Below, in pieces: positions 22,097-31,300 of a stretch of 64,000 nt of DNA. Source of the DNA: an uncultured Gemmatimonadales bacterium. GTDB taxonomy: Bacteria > Gemmatimonadota > Gemmatimonadetes > Gemmatimonadales > GWC2-71-9. Where the stretch lies: contig CAVUAK010000001.1 of NCBI GenBank assembly GCA_963739455.1, forward strand, positions 256,001-320,000, written 5' to 3'. Within the stretch, counting starts at the first letter, position 1. Every line of letters begins with the position of its first letter. The notes under the pieces are model-generated. The model was not told the DNA's origin. It saw only the letters and a list, made by a program, of their open reading frames with translations, and did not search any database. The translations under genes and the position numbers were made by a program.

Positions 22097-24778
22097 GTGA
22101 CAGCCCCCATTGTCAGGCTCCGAGATGCACTTAGCGACCGCTACCAGCTCGAATCCGAGCTCGGAGCGGGCGGAATGGCCACCGTATATCTCGCACAGGA
22201 CCTGAAGCACGGTCGGCAGGTCGCCATCAAGGTCCTTCACCCAGAGCTCGCGGCCGTCATCGGCGCCGATCGCTTCCTCGCCGAGATCAAGGTCACCGCC
22301 AGCCTCCAGCACCCCCACATCCTGCCGCTCTTCGACAGTGGTGCCATCTCCGCAGATGGACGGCTGTCGACTGACGGCTCACTGACGACTCACGACTCAC
22401 GACTGCTGTTCTACGTCATGCCCTATGTCCAGGGCGAGTCGCTCCGCGGCCGGCTCAACCACGATCGCCAGCTTCCCGTTCCCGACGCTGTCCGGATCGC
22501 GACTGAAGTCGCCAGTGCACTCGACTACGCCCATCGCCGCGGCGTCATCCATCGCGACATCAAGCCCGAGAATATCCTCCTGCACGACGGCACCGCGCTG
22601 GTGGCCGACTTCGGCATCGCGCTCGCCCTCACCGCGGCGGGCGGCGGACGCCTGACGCAGACTGGCCTCTCGCTCGGCACGCCAGCCTACATGAGTCCCG
22701 AGCAGGCCATGGGCGAGCGCGACATTGGCGCACGCAGCGATGTCTACGCCCTTGGCGCCATCACCTACGAGATGCTCACCGGCGAGCCCCCCTTCACCGG
22801 GCCCACGGCACAGGCCATCGTGGCCCGCACACTGACGGAAGCTCCGCGCCCCATCTCGCCGCAGCGCAAGAGCGTGCCGCCGTCGGTCGAGAACGCCGTG
22901 CTCACCGCGCTCGAGAAGCTCCCCGCCGATCGCTACGCGACCGCGAAGGAGTTCAGCGACGCCCTCGCCGACGAGAAGGCAAGACCGCGCTCCGGCAAGG
23001 GGAGCACGGTGCAGATGCGGCAGCACACCTGCCGCTCCTGCCGCCCGGTGGGGGTGGGTGGTGGGCGGTGCCGCCGCCGTTGCCGGTGCGATTGCTCTCG
23101 GCATGGCCCTGGGTCGGAGCACCGGCAACGCTGCCGCCTCCACCGCGGGCCCCGTCCGCTTCAGCCTGCCCGAGCTCAACAACGTCGGGTACTTCTCCGT
23201 CGCACCCGACGGTCGCCAGATCCTCGGCGTCTCGCCCGACTCGAGCGGAGTGCTTCACGGCTGGATCCGGAAGCTCGACGATCTCCAGCCGTCCGGCCCT
23301 CTCTGGCACCGCAGGCGCGGAGCGCGTCTGGCTTTCGCCTGACGGCAAGCAGGTGGTCATGCGCGTCGGCGGAGCGCTCAAGCTCCTGCCGCTGTCTGGA
23401 GGGACAGCCCGCGAACTCGACCCAGGTGCGCGGCTATGTCACCGCCGAGTGGGGACCGCAGGACAGCATCGCGGTGGTGAGTGGAGCCGACCTCCTGCTC
23501 GTGCCGGCGCTGGGCGGGCAGCCGCGGGTCATCGCCACGGTTGATAGCGCGGCAGGAGATATCTCCTTTTACATCCCGCGTTTCCTGCCCGGTGGCCGCC
23601 AGCTCCTGGTTGGCCTACGTCACGCGCTCGACTCCATCGCGCTCTACCAGATGGACATCGCGACCGGCAAGCGCGACCATGTGCTGCCAAACGTCCAGGA
23701 GGCGCGCTTCTACGAACCGGGCCGTCTCCTGTGGCTCGACGCCGATGGGACTGTTCGCTACGCGACGTATGACCCGGGCACGAGGAAGGTTGGCGCCAGC
23801 CAGGTCGGCGTGGCCGAGGGCATGGATGACTTCTACGCCAATGGCGATCTCGTGGTGCTCCGGCCCGGCCTGCCCAACCGCAACCTGCGCTTCTACAACG
23901 AGCGGCTTGGCACCAGCACCGAGGTCGCGTATCCCGACAGTACGGTCAGCGTTCCGGTGTTCTCGTACGATGGCTCCCGTCTCGCCATGTCGATCACGCC
24001 GAGCACCGAGCTTCGCAGCGTGCAGCGGGCCGATCAGGCGCGGGGCACCGACCTCTGGATCCTCGACCGCGCCACCGGGTTGCGCCGCCGCGTCGCTGAG
24101 CAGGCATTTGGCGCCGCCTGGTCGCCCGACGACCAGCGCATCGCTTTCACGCGCACCAACGTGGGCAGCAGTGACCTCTGGATTGCGCCGTCGGCGGGTG
24201 GCGAACCGGTGCGGATCGGCAACGAGAAGACCCGCAAGTTCGGGCTGACCTTCACGCCAGATGGACAGGCGCTCGTCTATGCCCAGCTGCCGACCAATCG
24301 CATTACGATCCAGCCGCTGGCGGCCAGTGCCCCGGCGACGGCACTGTTCGACGACGACGCCGGTGCGGAGGGCGACGCCACCTTCTCGCCCGACGGGAAG
24401 TGGCTGCTCTACCAGACCTTCGACGGACTGAGTGGGCGCGCGGTGGTGCGGGCCTGGCCCGGTCTCGATCGACGCACCGTCATCATGACGGTGGGAAACT
24501 GTGGCGCACACTGGGGCGACCACGGCACGCGCATCTATGGCTGCACGCCCGATGGCAAGGTGGCCTGGATCGGGTTCGACCCGGCCACCGGCCGTCCCGT
24601 CGGCTCCCCGCAGCCGGTGCCGCAGGTGACCCAGAGCGAGCCCGACTTCGACGTGAACCCGACCGGCCTCGACATCGCCTGGATCTCTGCCCCACCGCGC
24701 TTCGGCACCGAGCCCGTCGTGCTCGCGCACTGGCTCGCCGACGCCGAGCGTCGCCTTCAGGGACTGGGGAAGAGATGA
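22097..24778 (+). CDS. Ser/Thr kinase K6: kinase-TM-PD40 beta-propeller; compensating frameshifts at about 23030-23430
   Basis: Kinase motifs; TM and first blades lie in alternative frames (23058-23342, 23068-23544); SPDD/SPDG repeats. Confidence 0.85.
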   Translation: MTAPIVRLRDALSDRYQLESELGAGGMATVYLAQDLKHGRQVAIKVLHPELAAVIGADRFLAEIKVTASLQHPHILPLFDSGAISADGRLSTDGSLTTHDSRLLFYVMPYVQGESLRGRLNHDRQLPVPDAVRIATEVASALDYAHRRGVIHRDIKPENILLHDGTALVADFGIALALTAAGGGRLTQTGLSLGTPAYMSPEQAMGERDIGARSDVYALGAITYEMLTGEPPFTGPTAQAIVARTLTEAPRPISPQRKSVPPSVENAVLTALEKLPADRYATAKEFSDALADEKARPRSGKGSTVQMRQHTCRSCRPVGVGGGRCRRRCRCDCSRHGPGSEHRQRCRLHRGPRPLQPARAQQRRVLLRRTRRSPDPRRLARLERSASRLDPEARRSPAVRPSLAPQARSASGFRLTASRWSCASAERSSSCRCLEGQPANSTQVRGYVTAEWGPQDSIAVVSGADLLLVPALGGQPRVIATVDSAAGDISFYIPRFLPGGRQLLVGLRHALDSIALYQMDIATGKRDHVLPNVQEARFYEPGRLLWLDADGTVRYATYDPGTRKVGASQVGVAEGMDDFYANGDLVVLRPGLPNRNLRFYNERLGTSTEVAYPDSTVSVPVFSYDGSRLAMSITPSTELRSVQRADQARGTDLWILDRATGLRRRVAEQAFGAAWSPDDQRIAFTRTNVGSSDLWIAPSAGGEPVRIGNEKTRKFGLTFTPDGQALVYAQLPTNRITIQPLAASAPATALFDDDAGAEGDATFSPDGKWLLYQTFDGLSGRAVVRAWPGLDRRTVIMTVGNCGAHWGDHGTRIYGCTPDGKVAWIGFDPATGRPVGSPQPVPQVTQSEPDFDVNPTGLDIAWISAPPRFGTEPVVLAHWLADAERRLQGLGKR

Positions 24779-26331
24779 CCGCACCCGCGTCGAGCTGGCG
24801 TGACAATCTCCGCGCCGACCTCCCCGCGTCCCTCGTCGTTTTCCTGGTGGCGCTCCCGCTCTGCCTCGGCGTGGCGCTCGCCTCCGGTGCACCGCTCGTC
24901 GCCGGCCTCATTGCCGGCGTCATCGGCGGCCTCGTCGTCGCACCGCTCAGCGGCTCGAACCTCATGGTCAGCGGCCCCGCCGCCGGCCTCACGGCCGTCG
25001 TCCTCTCCGCCATCGCCAAGCTCGGCGGCTTCGACGTCTTCCTCACGGCACTCGTCCTCGCCGGCGCCATGCAGCTCGGCTTCGGCCTGGCGAAGGCCGG
25101 CTTCATTGCGAAGTACTTCCCCTCGTCCGTCATCAAGGGAATGCTCGCCGCCATCGGCATCACCCTCGTCCTCAAGCAGGTCCCCCACGCCATGGGCTAC
25201 GACGCCGAGGCGATGGGCCTCGAGCAGTTCCAGGCGGTGGGGGACGAGAACACCTTCACCTCCATCCTCCATCTCGCGGGTCGCATCAATCCGACGGCGG
25301 TGGTCCTCTCCGTCGTGTCGCTGCTGATCCTCTTTCTCTGGGACAACCCGCGCTTCAAGGGGCTCAAGCGTGTTCCCGGCGCGCTGGTGGTGGTGCTGCT
25401 CGGCACCATCGGGAACGAGCTCCTCGTCCGCTTCTGGCCCGCGCGCCAGCTTTCGGGTGACGAGCTCGTGCAGGTGCCGGTGGGCGGCATTGCCGCCTAC
25501 GTCGGTGAGGTGACCCTGCCCCGGTGGGACGTGCTGCTGCAGCCGCAGGTGTGGGTCGTGGCCGCGACGATCGCCCTCGTCGCCAGCCTCGAGACGCTCC
25601 TGTCACTCGAGGCCACCGACAAGCTCGATCCGCTCAAGCGGCACTCCTCCGCCGATCGCGAGCTTCGCGCTCAGGGCATCGGCAACTTCCTCGCCGGCAT
25701 GGTGGGTGGCCTGCCGCTCACCGGCGTCATCGTGCGGAGCGCCGCCAACATCGAGTCGGGCGGCCGCACCCGTACCAGCGCCATCGCCCACTCGGTGTGG
25801 CTGCTGATCGCCATGCTGCTCATTCCCGGCGTCCTCAACCGCATGCCGCTCGCGGCACTCGCGGCCATCCTCATTCATGTCGGCTGGAAGCTGGCGCACC
25901 CGGCCCACCTGCTGAAGGCGTGGCGCATCGGTCGAGACCAGTTCATCCCGTTCACCGTCACCATCGTGGCGATCCTCTTCACCGATCTCCTGGTGGGCGT
26001 CATCATCGGCCTGCTGGTCGGCGCCTTCTTTATCCTGAAGGAACAGGCCGACGCACCTGGGCTCACCGTGCTGAGCCCGCCCGGCGCCGTCCTCACCCGC
26101 TACGCGCTTGGCCAGCAGGCCACGTTCCTTACCAAGGTGCGTATCGAGAAGACCCTCAACGCGCTCCCGGCCGGCTCGCGGGTGGAGATCGATGCCCGCG
26201 ATTGCCGCCGCATCGACCCCGACGTGCTGCAGCTGCTCCATGACTTTCGTTACACCGCGGCCGAGCGGAACATTGACTACCGCCTTGTCGCCGTGCCCGA
26301 CCTTGCCGTCATCGGCGCCACCTCACACTGA
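24775..26331 (+). CDS. SulP (SLC26) family anion/bicarbonate transporter
   Basis: DLPASLVVFLVALPLCLGVALASG, SGPAAGL and GLPLTGVIVRSAANI motifs. Confidence 0.92.
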   Translation: MTAPASSWRDNLRADLPASLVVFLVALPLCLGVALASGAPLVAGLIAGVIGGLVVAPLSGSNLMVSGPAAGLTAVVLSAIAKLGGFDVFLTALVLAGAMQLGFGLAKAGFIAKYFPSSVIKGMLAAIGITLVLKQVPHAMGYDAEAMGLEQFQAVGDENTFTSILHLAGRINPTAVVLSVVSLLILFLWDNPRFKGLKRVPGALVVVLLGTIGNELLVRFWPARQLSGDELVQVPVGGIAAYVGEVTLPRWDVLLQPQVWVVAATIALVASLETLLSLEATDKLDPLKRHSSADRELRAQGIGNFLAGMVGGLPLTGVIVRSAANIESGGRTRTSAIAHSVWLLIAMLLIPGVLNRMPLAALAAILIHVGWKLAHPAHLLKAWRIGRDQFIPFTVTIVAILFTDLLVGVIIGLLVGAFFILKEQADAPGLTVLSPPGAVLTRYALGQQATFLTKVRIEKTLNALPAGSRVEIDARDCRRIDPDVLQLLHDFRYTAAERNIDYRLVAVPDLAVIGATSH

Positions 26332-26342
26332 TCGGAGCGCCC

Positions 26343-26977
26343 ATGGACGACGCTACCAGCGCCTCTTCGAGAACAACCGCCAGTGGGTTCGCGAGCGCCT
26401 CCAGGCCGACCCCGACTACTTCAAGCGGAACGCCAAGTCGCAGACCCCCGAGTTCCTGTTCATCGGCTGCTCCGACAGCCGCGTGCCGGCAAACGAGATC
26501 ACCGGCACGAACCCGGGCGAGATGTTCGTGCATCGCAACATCGCGAACCAGGTCTTTCCCAACGACATCAACGTCCTGTCGGTGCTCCAGTACGCGGTGG
26601 AAGTGCTCGACGTGAAGCACGTCATCGTCTGCGGGCACTACGAGTGCGGTGGCGTGAAGGCGGCGGCACAGAAGGCGGTGCACTACGGCCTGGTCGACAA
26701 CTGGCTCTCGGAAATCCGCACCATCGAGCGCCTGCACGGCCGCGAGCTCGAGGGCATGAAGGACGAGCATGCCCGCATCAACCGGCTCGGCGAACTCAAC
26801 GTCATCCACCAGGTCTACAACCTCACGCTGACCCCGGTGGTGCGGCAGGCCTGGGAGCGCGGCCAGCGCCCGGTGCTGCACGGATGGATCTACTCGCTGG
26901 AGAACGGCCTGCTCAAGGAACTGGTGCAGGGCGTCGACACCCCCGAAGAGGCCGATCGCCTCCTCCCCATGCTGTAA
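26343..26977 (+). CDS. can: Beta-class carbonic anhydrase; frameshift just after the start
   Basis: FIGCSDSRVP, FVHRNIAN and CGHYECGG zinc motifs. Confidence 0.88.
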
Positions 26978-27000
26978 CCTGTTCCCTGTTCCCTGTTCCC
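26978..27000 (+). repeat. CCTGTTC heptamer x3
   Basis: cctgttc cctgttc cctgttc cc. Confidence 0.85.
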
Positions 27001-27044
27001 GCTATTTTCCGGGTCGACACCCCCAATGACCTGAGGTTTAGCGA

Positions 27045-28136
27045 ATGAGCCCGGAGACTCGCCGAGCAGGAAACGCCCACGTCGACAGCGGTCGACTGGA
27101 ACGCCATGCTCGCCCCATATCGCCGTCCCGTCATGTGGAAGAGCCTCTTCCAGCTTGTAACGACGGCGGCGCTGCTCGCGGCCTTCTGGTTCGCGATGCT
27201 GTGGAGCCTCGACGTCGGCTACTGGCTCACCCTCCTGCTGGCCGTCCCTGCCGCCTGCATGGTCGTCCGCCTCTTCATGCTCCAGCACGACTGCGGACAC
27301 GGCGCCTTCTTCCGGTCCCAGAAGCTCAACAACGCGCGTCGGCACCGTCCTCGGCGTCTTCACGCTCGTTCCCGTACGACTACTGGCGTAAGACCCACGC
27401 GATTCATCACGCCACCTCGGGCAACCTCGACCTCCGCAGCCTGGGCGACATCGACACGCTCACGGTCAAGGAGTACCTGAGCCGCTCGAAGACGAAGCGC
27501 GTTCTCTATCGCCTCTATCGCCACCCCGCCGTCATGCTGCTCGTCGGCCCGGCGTGGCAGTTCATCCTGAAGCACCGCCTGCCGCTCGATATCCCGCGCG
27601 CCTGGAAGCGCGAGGCCATCAGCGTCCAGGTCACCAACCTCATGCTCGCCGCCCTGCTCGTGGTCATGTGCATGGTGGTCGGCGTGAAGGAATTCTTCAT
27701 GCTCCAGCTGCCGATCACCCTCATCGCGGGCTCGATCGGTGTCTACCTCTTCTACGTGCAGCACCAGTACGAGGACACCTACTGGCGCTACCGCGAGAGC
27801 TGGAACTACTTCGCCGCCGGCCTCGAGGGTGCGTCACATCTCGTCATGCCGAAGCCGCTCCAGTGGCTCACGGCCAACATCGGCTTGCACCACATTCACC
27901 ATGTGTCGAGCCGCATCCCGAACTACAACCTCCAGCGCTGCTACGACTCGCACCCCGAACTCCGGGACGTGACAAAGCTGACGCTCTGGCAGAGCGTGAA
28001 GACCCTCCGGCTGACGCTGTGGGATGAAGACGACCGCAAGCTGGTCGGGTTCCGGGAACTGCGCACCATCCGCCAGCGGCTCGGCTCACCGGTCCTCGCC
28101 ACCAAGCCCGAGGTCGTCCCAGCCACTTGGAGGTAG
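27045..28136 (+). CDS. Membrane fatty acid desaturase; two compensating frameshifts
   Basis: His boxes QHDCGH (alternative frame 27106-27480), HAIHH and HHIHH. Confidence 0.85.
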   Translation: MSPETRRAGNAHVDSGRLERHARPISPSRHVEEPLPACNDGGAARGLLVRDAVEPRRRLLAHPPAGRPCRLHGRPPLHAPARLRTRRLLPVPEAQQRASAPSSASSRSFPYDYWRKTHAIHHATSGNLDLRSLGDIDTLTVKEYLSRSKTKRVLYRLYRHPAVMLLVGPAWQFILKHRLPLDIPRAWKREAISVQVTNLMLAALLVVMCMVVGVKEFFMLQLPITLIAGSIGVYLFYVQHQYEDTYWRYRESWNYFAAGLEGASHLVMPKPLQWLTANIGLHHIHHVSSRIPNYNLQRCYDSHPELRDVTKLTLWQSVKTLRLTLWDEDDRKLVGFRELRTIRQRLGSPVLATKPEVVPATWR

Positions 28137-28184
28137 GGAGGGCGGGGGAGGGCGGGGAGGGCGGGGAGGTAACTACAGGGCGGG
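28136..28184 (-). repeat. Nonamer block, inverted relative to 31201-31283
   Basis: Reverse complement reads cccgccctgtagttacctccccgccctccccgccc. Confidence 0.8.
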
Positions 28185-28303
28185 TCGAATGGGGATGGCT
28201 CCCGAGGCACCGTTGCTCGGCGCGCCGCTATCGAAGACCGAGTGCCCGGACGGTCAAGGCAGCGCCGGCACGTGTGCCGACGGGGCCGCCCCAGAGACCC
28301 GCC
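28179..28303. other. Long imperfect rod-like inverted repeat (candidate structured RNA)
   Basis: Manual pairing: ggcgggtc/gacccgcc, tgggg/cccca, ggcac/gtgcc, cggcgc/gcgccg, gaccg/cggtc. Confidence 0.4.
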
Positions 28304-28350
28304 GGTAGCGCCAACCTAAAACGTTCAAGCTCAAAATCTTAGCGAAACTC

Positions 28351-28388
28351 AGAACGCGGCCAGCCTTGGCCGCGTTCTTGCTTTCTGC
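28351..28388 (+). terminator. Putative intrinsic terminator
   Basis: 12-bp perfect stem AGAACGCGGCCA-gcct-TGGCCGCGTTCT followed by tgctttct. Confidence 0.6.
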
Positions 28389-28445
28389 TAGCCCGGATAT
28401 GCCTGTGACCAGCTTGCTGTTGCGGTCTGCAACTCCCGGAGCCCG

Positions 28446-31215
28446 ATGACCTCGTTGCGCCACGAAGACGCCTTCCGCCCTGCCGCTCCAGACCCGCTCG
28501 AACCAGGTCGGGATCGTAACCGCGCTCGCCGCGGTCTACGGCCTCGCCTACCTGGTCTTCGAGCGGGCTGGCGTTGGCAGCCAGGGCCTGCGCGATCTCC
28601 TCGGCAACGTCGCCTTCATGCCGCTCAACATCGCCGTCGCGGCCCTCAACTGGTTCGCCTCGCGCCAGACAGTCCTCGACACCGGCGTCCGCCGTGCCCT
28701 GCGCATCATGTGCTTCGGCGCGCTGAGCGTCTTTATCGGGAACTGCATCTCGGTCTGGTACCTGCTCGTCCTGCACTCGAAGCCCACGGCCTCACCCGCC
28801 GACTTCTTCTACCTCTCCGACAGCATCCTTCTCCTCGTCGGCCTGCTGATGTTCCCGCTCAGCCGCCGGATCCGCGTGGAGCGCTGGAAGCTCGTCCTCG
28901 ACGCCGCCATGGTGCTCGCCGGCGGCGTCGTGCTCGTCTGGTACTTCGCCATCCGGCCGTCGGCCGATGCCCAGGGTGACAGCACGACGCTCACCCTGCT
29001 GACCTACGCCTTCCCGCTCACCAGTCTCCTGTTGCTGCTCGGCGTCACCACCGTGCTGCTGCGCGGGCCGCTCGACAAGAACCGCGAGGCGTTCAGCTGC
29101 CTGGTGGGCGGCATCCTGGTCAGCATCGTCAGTGACCTCGCCTTCGACCTGGTGCTGCTCGAGACCGGTGAGCGGAGTGCCAGCTGGACCGATGGCGTCT
29201 ACCTGCTCTCCTATCTCCTCCTCATCGCCAGCGCCGAGCTCTACTGGAAGCGGCCGGTCGCGAGGGGATGGACCACCGCCGATCAGGAGCCCCGCGCCCA
29301 GGTCCTGAGCCCCCTGCCGTATCTCGCGGCGGCGGCGGTGTTCTGGCTCCTGTTCACTGATGGCGTGCACCCCTGGATCGACCCCCTGAGCGGGCTCGTG
29401 GCGGGCGCCACCGTGATCACGTTCCTCATGGTCATCCGGCAGGTGGTGGCAGTGCGCCAGAACGTGCGACTGCTCGAGGAAACCGCCGCCCGTCAGGGCG
29501 AGGCGCGCTTCCGCTCGCTGGTCCAGAACTCGTCCGACGTGATCATCCTCGTGAACACCGCGGCCAGCGTCACCTACGTCAGCCCGTCGGCGTCGCGCGT
29601 GCTGCGCTACGATCCCACCGCCCTCATGGATCGCTCGCTGCTTCACGCTCATCGATCCCGACGATCGCGCGCGCGCCGAGTCCTTCTTCCGCGAAGCGAC
29701 GACCTCCCGCGGCGTCAGTGCACCCACCGAGTTGCGCTTCCTGCAGCCCGAGGGTGCGCCGCTGCATGCCGAGGTGATCGCCACCAACCTTCTCGGCGAC
29801 CCGATCGTGAACGGCATCGTGCTCAACACCCGGGACATCTCCGAGCGGAAGCGCTTCGAGCAGCAGTTGCTGCACCAGGCCTTCCACGACCCGCTCACCG
29901 GCCTCGCCAACCGCGCGCTGTTCCGCGATCGCGTGGATCACGCCCTCAAGCTCGCGAAGCGGCAGCGGCACGCGATCACCGTGCTCTTCCTCGACCTCGA
30001 CGACTTCAAGAAGGTCAACGACAGCTTCGGGCACGGCGAGGGCGACAAGCTGCTGGTCGCTGGCCGCCGAGCGCTTCCGCTCCTGTGCCCGCGCCGCCGA
30101 CACCGTGGCCCGGCTGGGTGGCGACGAGTTCGCCATCCTGATCGAGGATTCCACCGGCCCCGAGGAACAGCAGGCCCTGATCGAGCGGCTCACCAGTTCC
30201 ATGGCGCAGCCGTTCATGCTGAGCGGCAACGAGGTGTTCGTCACCGCCAGCGTCGGCATCGCCGCCGCCGTCACCGGCGAGAGCGTGAGCGACGTGCTCC
30301 GCAACGCCGACACCGCCATGTACGCCGCCAAGCGCGCCGGCAAGGGCCGCTTCGAGGCCTACGCCTCGCAGATGTCCTCCGACGTGCGCCATCGCCTGGA
30401 GCTCGAGCGCGGCCCTGCGGCGCGCGCTCGAGAAGGGCGAGCTGGTGCTCCACTACCAGCCCATCGTCTCCCTGCACACCGGCAGCATGACCGGCGTCGA
30501 GGCCCTGGTGCGCTGGGAGCACCCGCAGTTCGGTCACCTGCTGCCCGGGCATTTCATCCCCATGGCGGAGGAGACGGGGCTCATTACCCGCGTTGGCAGC
30601 TGGGTGCTCCACGAGGCTTGCCGCCAGGTCGGGCGCTGGCGCCGGGAGCATCCTGCGTTGAACCTGACGGTGGCAGTGAACATCTCCGGGCGCGAGCTGC
30701 ACGAGCACAACATCGTGGAAGACGTGCGCATCGCCCTGGCCGAGACCCGCATCGATCCCAAGGCCCTGGTCCTCGAGATCACCGAGAGCGTGCTGATGCA
30801 GGAGACACCGATGGTGCTCGAGCGCCTGCAGCAGCTCAAGGCACTCGGCGTGCAGCTCGCCATCGACGACTTCGGCACCGGGTACTCGTCGCTGAGCTAC
30901 CTGCAGCGGTTCCCCATCGACATCCTCAAGATCGCCAAGCCGTTCATCGACGAAGTCGGCGGCGGCGGCGATCGATCTGCCCTTGCCCGCGCCATCATCG
31001 GCCTGGGCGACACCCTGAAGCTCCGCACCATCGCCGAGGGCATCGAGACACCCGCCCAGGTGGCAGCGCTCCTCGAGCTCGGCTGCAACATGGGCCAGGG
31101 CTATCACTTCTCCACGGCGCTTACCGCCACGCAGCTCGAGCACGCCCTCGCCGGCCGCACATTCCCCGCCCTACCCGCCTCACCCGCCCTCCCCGCCCTC
31201 CCCGCCCTGTTGTAA
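28446..31215 (+). CDS. Membrane-PAS-GGDEF-EAL diguanylate cyclase/phosphodiesterase; about 4 frameshifts
   Basis: TM region, RFRSLVQNSSD PAS, HDPLTGLANR, ARLGGDEF, EAL and IDDFGTGYSSL across ORFs 28618-31215. Confidence 0.85.
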
Positions 31216-31283
31216 CCTCCCCGCCCTCCCCGCCTTCCCCGCCCTGTTGTAACCTCCCCGCCCTCCCCGCCTTCCCCGCCCTG
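31162..31283 (+). repeat. CCCCGCCCT nonamer tract with a 37-bp higher-order tandem duplication
   Basis: cccgccctgttgtaacctccccgccctccccgccttc occurs twice (31201-31274); the tract also encodes the EAL protein tail PALPASPALPALPALL. Confidence 0.9.
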
Positions 31284-31300
31284 CAGTATCCTTGGGCGCC

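Noticed and set aside
24775..26977. SulP plus carbonic anhydrase pairing as novel
   Set aside because: Well-known bicarbonate uptake/conversion gene pair.
28179..28303. Assignment as SRP (4.5S) or 6S RNA
   Set aside because: CGTGTGCCG is present, but the SRP helix-8 CAGG-GNRA-AGCAG core is absent and no 6S-type central bubble was identifiable.
31201..31283. Possible mini-CRISPR (37-bp repeats)
   Set aside because: Units are directly tandem with no unique spacers, are low complexity, and no cas genes are present.
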